Source: Escherichia coli (GTDB lineage Bacteria; Pseudomonadota; Gammaproteobacteria; Enterobacterales; Enterobacteriaceae). Taken from it: 64,000 nt of DNA. The notes under the pieces are model-generated. The model made no database searches and had not been told where the DNA came from. It saw only the letters and a list, made by a program, of their open reading frames with translations. The stretch lies in assembly GCF_030384885.1 (NCBI RefSeq), contig NZ_CP128613.1; one strand, given 5' to 3'. Below, one piece after another: positions 57,668-64,000 of this stretch. Both the position numbers and the translations under genes were made by a program. Each line of letters opens with the position of its first letter. Within the stretch, counting starts at the first letter, position 1.

Positions 57668-58269
57668 TGATGAATAAAATCAGACTTTATATTCCTCCGT
57701 TAATTCTTGGTTTTGTTATTGTGCCGTTGTTGGTGTGGCCGACGGTGGTTGCGCTGGCTGCTTCTGTTATCACGCTGAGTTTTCTGGGAGAGATACTGTT
57801 CTCTATCCCGCTCATGATCAGGCGTATTTCACTTCTGCAATTACAACTATGGTTATCGGCTGAATATGCGCTTTTCTTCTGTGCAATGGTGGGCGTTGGT
57901 TGGCAATTTGCGCGCAGAACGCCACCTGAATTGAAAAGCAGACTGCATTGTTGGCTGGTATTTGCACCAGTTTATTTCTGGTTGCTCCTGTGGAATATCA
58001 TTTTCTATGTCGCGCCAGCGAATATTGCGTTGCTGGAGAATATGCGCAGTTTCTTTCTGACAGTTGTCTGGCTCCCACTGAATTTTTCGCCATTTTGGTC
58101 TCAACCGTGGATTGACTTTGTCGGTCCAATAAGCGCACAGCTTGGTTTTGCGTTGGGATATTATTGCCAGTGGCGTAGCAAAAATAGAAGCCAGATACGG
58201 AAGTGGAGTGAGTGGGGAACGTGCCTGAGTTTTGTTACGTTGGGTATGATGGCGTGGGCTTTGCGGTAA
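57667..58269 (+). CDS. hypothetical membrane protein, paralogue of the N-terminal membrane domain of the 505-aa protein
   Basis: 200 aa, multi-pass; TAATG overlap with the upstream lipoprotein gene; segment GPISAQLGFALGYYCQW matches PVGAHISFSLGYGWPTR of the fusion protein. Confidence 0.75.
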   Translation: MMNKIRLYIPPLILGFVIVPLLVWPTVVALAASVITLSFLGEILFSIPLMIRRISLLQLQLWLSAEYALFFCAMVGVGWQFARRTPPELKSRLHCWLVFAPVYFWLLLWNIIFYVAPANIALLENMRSFFLTVVWLPLNFSPFWSQPWIDFVGPISAQLGFALGYYCQWRSKNRSQIRKWSEWGTCLSFVTLGMMAWALR

Positions 58270-58376
58270 TTCCCTGACTCAAAAAGTAGGTCAGATTGTT
58301 GACAAAGTGCGCTTTGTTCATGCCGGATGCGACATGAACGTCTTATTGGCCTACAAGACCATGCAAATTGTAGTGG

Positions 58377-59626
<1,250 letters not shown>

Positions 59627-59742
59627 AATTCAATATATTGCATAAGCCACGTAGGCCTGATAAGCGTAGCGCATCAGGCAGTTTTTTGTTTATCATCAGT
59701 CTCAGGTCAGATTGAAATCTGACCTGGCCACCTTACGTTAAT

Positions 59743-61248
59743 TTACGACGCCAGCGACAACCTCTGCTGCGTATATTCCCCTAGCCACTGACTCACACGG
59801 GATTGTTGCTGCGCATTCAGCCACATGCCTTGTTTTGTGCGACGCCACAGGGCATCGTCGGCGCGGCGGACCCATTCGTGGTCGACCAGATATTTCAGCT
59901 CTGCTTCGTAAAACTCATGCCCGAAATCCTCCCCAAGATCGCTTACCGCCCCCGCATTGCCGAGCAGCAGCTCGCTATTGCTGCCGTAAGTGCGCGCGTA
60001 GTGACGTGCCAGCGATTCAGTCAGGAACGGGTAACGGCGGCGCAGGCGGGCGGCGTAATCGTCGCGGTCGCCTTCAATGGCTCCGCCCGGCAGCACGCTC
60101 TCTTTCGTCCACGCTGGGCCAATGCCCTGATAATATGGCGTCAGTTTTTCCAGCGCGTGTTCCGCCAGTTTGCGGTAGGTGGTCAGCTTACCGCCGAATA
60201 CCGATAACAGCGGAGCTTTGCCGTTTTCATCATGGATATCAAGGGTGTAATCACGGGTAATGGCCTGCGGCGAATCAGATTCATCATCACACAGTGGACG
60301 CACGCCGGAGTAGGTCCAGACGATATCATCCCGGCTTAGCGGCTTTTTAAAGTGCGCGTTATACACTTTCAGCAGGTAATTGATTTCACTCTCTTCAATC
60401 TTCACCGCTTTCGGATCGCCTTTATACTCCACATCGGTGGTGCCGATAATGGAAAACTCGTCCATCCACGGGATCACGAAGACAATACGTTTATCTTCGT
60501 TTTGCAGAATGTAGGCTTGCTTCTGGGTATGCACACGCGGCACGACAATATGGCTGCCTTTGATCAGGCGAATGCCATAAGGTGAGGGTAGATGCATACC
60601 GTCGTCGAAGAACTGCTTCACCCACGGGCCGGTGGCGTTCACGAGGCCGCGCGCTTGCCAGCTATATTTTTTGCCGGTATCGATATCTTCCGCTTCCACA
60701 ATCCACAGGCCGTTTTCGCGGCGAGCAGAAGTGGCACGAGTACGGGTAAGCACTTCACCGCCTTTACGCACCACCATCTGGGCGTTGGCGAGTACCAGAC
60801 GGGCGTCGTCTACCCAACAGTCGGAATATTCGAATCCGCGCTTAATTTCCGGTTTTAACACTGAATTTGCGCCAAAACGCAAACCGGTTGATCCCGGCAG
60901 GCTGGTGCGTTTACCCAGATGATCGTACATAAACAGACCAATACGGATCATCCACGCCGGACGCAGATGCGGGCGATGCGGCAGGCGAAAACGCATCGGG
61001 AAAGCGATATGGGGAGCCATTTTCAGCAACACTTCACGTTCAGCCAGCGCCTCGCTGACCAGGCGGAATTCATAGTGCTCAAGGTAGCGCAGGCCACCAT
61101 GAATGAGTTTTGAACTGGCGGAAGAGGTCGCACAAGCGAGATCCTGCGCCTCCAGCATCAGCACGGATAAACCGCGTCCAGCGGCGTCTGCCGCGATACC
61201 AGCACCATTGATGCCGCCACCTATCACAATCAGATCTTTGGTTTCCAT
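59743..61248 (-). CDS. glpD: aerobic glycerol-3-phosphate dehydrogenase GlpD
   Basis: Recognised from METKDLIVIGGGINGAGIAADAAGRG (501 aa, FAD-binding GxGxxG). Confidence 0.97.
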   Translation of the reverse strand: METKDLIVIGGGINGAGIAADAAGRGLSVLMLEAQDLACATSSASSKLIHGGLRYLEHYEFRLVSEALAEREVLLKMAPHIAFPMRFRLPHRPHLRPAWMIRIGLFMYDHLGKRTSLPGSTGLRFGANSVLKPEIKRGFEYSDCWVDDARLVLANAQMVVRKGGEVLTRTRATSARRENGLWIVEAEDIDTGKKYSWQARGLVNATGPWVKQFFDDGMHLPSPYGIRLIKGSHIVVPRVHTQKQAYILQNEDKRIVFVIPWMDEFSIIGTTDVEYKGDPKAVKIEESEINYLLKVYNAHFKKPLSRDDIVWTYSGVRPLCDDESDSPQAITRDYTLDIHDENGKAPLLSVFGGKLTTYRKLAEHALEKLTPYYQGIGPAWTKESVLPGGAIEGDRDDYAARLRRRYPFLTESLARHYARTYGSNSELLLGNAGAVSDLGEDFGHEFYEAELKYLVDHEWVRRADDALWRRTKQGMWLNAQQQSRVSQWLGEYTQQRLSLAS

Positions 61249-61281
61249 GCTGCCCTCATTCACTTTCGTTAAAGCTCATAA

Positions 61282-61299
61282 ATGTTCGTTATCGAACAT
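61282..61299 (-). promoter_or_regulatory. GlpR operator in the glpD promoter
   Basis: Perfect palindrome ATGTTCGTTATCGAACAT, matching the GlpR operator consensus, about 35-50 bp upstream of the glpD start. Confidence 0.8.
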
Positions 61300-61359
61300 A
61301 TTAGCAAAGAATCGCGCTTTGGGTAACATTGAAAAAACATTTTAGAGTGATATGTATAA

Positions 61360-61764
<405 letters not shown>

Positions 61765-61796
61765 CGCTTTATACTGTCCCCTTTTGTGTGGAATAA

Positions 61797-62639
<843 letters not shown>

Positions 62640-62655
62640 TTCCAGGGATTTATAA

Positions 62656-63414
62656 ATGAAACAAACACAACGTCACAACGGTATTATTGAACTGGTTAAA
62701 CAGCAGGGTTATGTCAGCACCGAAGAACTGGTGGAACACTTCTCCGTCAGTCCGCAGACTATTCGTCGTGACCTCAACGAGCTGGCGGAGCAAAACCTGA
62801 TCCTGCGTCACCATGGCGGCGCGGCACTGCCTTCCAGTTCGGTTAACACGCCGTGGCACGATCGTAAGGCCACCCAGACCGAAGAAAAAGAGCGTATTGC
62901 CCGCAAAGTGGCGGAGCAAATTCCTAACGGCTCGACGCTATTTATTGATATCGGCACCACGCCGGAAGCGGTGGCGCACGCGCTGCTTAATCACAGCAAT
63001 TTGCGCATTGTGACCAACAATCTCAACGTCGCTAACACGCTGATGGTGAAAGACGATTTCCGCATTATCCTCGCCGGTGGCGAATTACGCAGCCGCGATG
63101 GTGGGATCATTGGCGAAGCGACGCTCGATTTTATCTCCCAGTTCCGCCTCGACTTCGGGATTCTGGGGATCAGCGGCATCGATAGCGACGGCTCGCTGCT
63201 GGAGTTCGATTACCACGAAGTTCGCACCAAACGCGCTATTATTGAGAACTCGCGCCACGTTATGCTGGTTGTCGATCACTCGAAATTTGGCCGTAATGCG
63301 ATGGTCAATATGGGCAGCATCAGCATGGTCGATGCCGTCTACACCGACGCCCCGCCACCAGCGAGCGTGATGCAGGTGCTGACAGACCATCATATTCAGC
63401 TGGAGCTGTGCTGA
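62656..63414 (+). CDS. glpR: glycerol-3-phosphate regulon repressor GlpR (DeoR family)
   Basis: 252 aa, recognised (MKQTQRHNGIIELVKQQGYVSTEELVEHFSVSPQTIRRDL). Confidence 0.97.
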   Translation: MKQTQRHNGIIELVKQQGYVSTEELVEHFSVSPQTIRRDLNELAEQNLILRHHGGAALPSSSVNTPWHDRKATQTEEKERIARKVAEQIPNGSTLFIDIGTTPEAVAHALLNHSNLRIVTNNLNVANTLMVKDDFRIILAGGELRSRDGGIIGEATLDFISQFRLDFGILGISGIDSDGSLLEFDYHEVRTKRAIIENSRHVMLVVDHSKFGRNAMVNMGSISMVDAVYTDAPPPASVMQVLTDHHIQLELC

Positions 63415-64000
63415 TCCTGCACGGCTTCCCACGTCAGACCAAAACGCGCCAGGTATTTGCGTAGCCGATCCGCGTCGTTGACGCTGGCTTTGCCCTGGCG
63501 CGAAACATCAAAGAGTTCACGCCCGGCAGCGGAAAGCGATTTTGCCTGACGGCAAACGACGATAACGTTTTCCAGTTGCATGCGGTCAAAGAGATCGATG
63601 TTTTCCGCTTCAGCGCCCAGTAGCGGTGTAAGCACGGAAGGGCGGCTTTCCTGCCAGTTATAGCGCAGACGGTTTATCTCATCTTCAACCACTTCCAGAG
63701 TGATGCGTCCGCTAGTGGCAAAGGTTGCCATTCGCGTGACGCTGGCAGAAAGCTCGCGAAAGTTACCGCGCCATGTTGCCTGGGGAGATGTCGCAAAGGC
63801 CAGCCAGGCGCGCCTCGCTTCGGTGTTAAAACGTACGCTGTCGCCGGTGAGTGAGGCGTGGCGCTCCACTTCATAATCCAGGTTCGGTTCAATATCTTCC
63901 TGGCGCTGGCGTAGACCCGGCAGGGTGAAGGTCCAGAGATTGATCCGCGCGTACAGGTCTTCGCGAAATTTGCCTTCGGCAACCAGCTGACGCAAATCGC
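63396..64000 (-). CDS. rtcR: sigma-54-dependent transcriptional regulator RtcR, C-terminal portion (gene continues beyond window end)
   Basis: Minus-strand frame open to the window edge; C-terminal sequence ...GRELFDVSRQGKASVNDADRLRKYLARFGLTWEAVQDQHSSS fits the RtcR C-terminal DNA-binding region; converges on and overlaps glpR by 19 bp. Confidence 0.85.
   Translation of the reverse strand, partial: DLRQLVAEGKFREDLYARINLWTFTLPGLRQRQEDIEPNLDYEVERHASLTGDSVRFNTEARRAWLAFATSPQATWRGNFRELSASVTRMATFATSGRITLEVVEDEINRLRYNWQESRPSVLTPLLGAEAENIDLFDRMQLENVIVVCRQAKSLSAAGRELFDVSRQGKASVNDADRLRKYLARFGLTWEAVQDQHSSS

Noticed and set aside
59701-59728. Perfect palindrome caggtcagatt-gaa-aatctgacctg downstream of glpD as an intrinsic terminator
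   Set aside because: No U-tract follows it on the glpD strand; may be a REP-associated or protein-binding palindrome instead, so not called as a terminator.

Overview
This window is an Escherichia coli chromosomal segment, recognised by direct reading of the translated ORFs and of REP/BIME repeats, and it runs in the reverse orientation to the K-12 map. Gene order is: a partial accessory lipid-biosynthesis island (1-7658), then yhhT-yhhS-dcrB-yhhQ-tusA-zntA-yhhN-yhhM-yhhL-rsmD, ftsYEX-rpoH, livJ-panM-livKHMGF, ugpBAECQ, yhhA-ggt-yrhB-yhhY-ryhB-yhhX-yhhW, gntRKU, yhgN-asd, glgBXCAP, three uncharacterised genes, an IS3-family insertion sequence, glpD, glpEGR and the 3' end of rtcR. Most of the window is conserved core genome with recognisable regulatory sites (ZntR operator, rpoH sigma-E promoter, ugpB Pho boxes, Fur box plus RyhB sRNA, GntR and GlpR operators). 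The content that stands out is accessory: (1) the type II FAS/PKS-like island beside yhhT, whose gene order resembles aryl-polyene-type clusters and the O157:H7 O-island 138 context; (2) a PstS-like binding-protein/membrane-domain module between glgP and glpD with a fused and a split version side by side; (3) a stand-alone PLDc_N-like membrane/helical-repeat gene between livF and ugpB; (4) a possible small membrane ORF between tusA and zntA; (5) an IS3-family element with 3-bp target duplications inserted between REP copies. Comparisons to K-12 are from memory of gene order and protein lengths, not from an alignment. No tRNA, rRNA, CRISPR array or prophage was seen.
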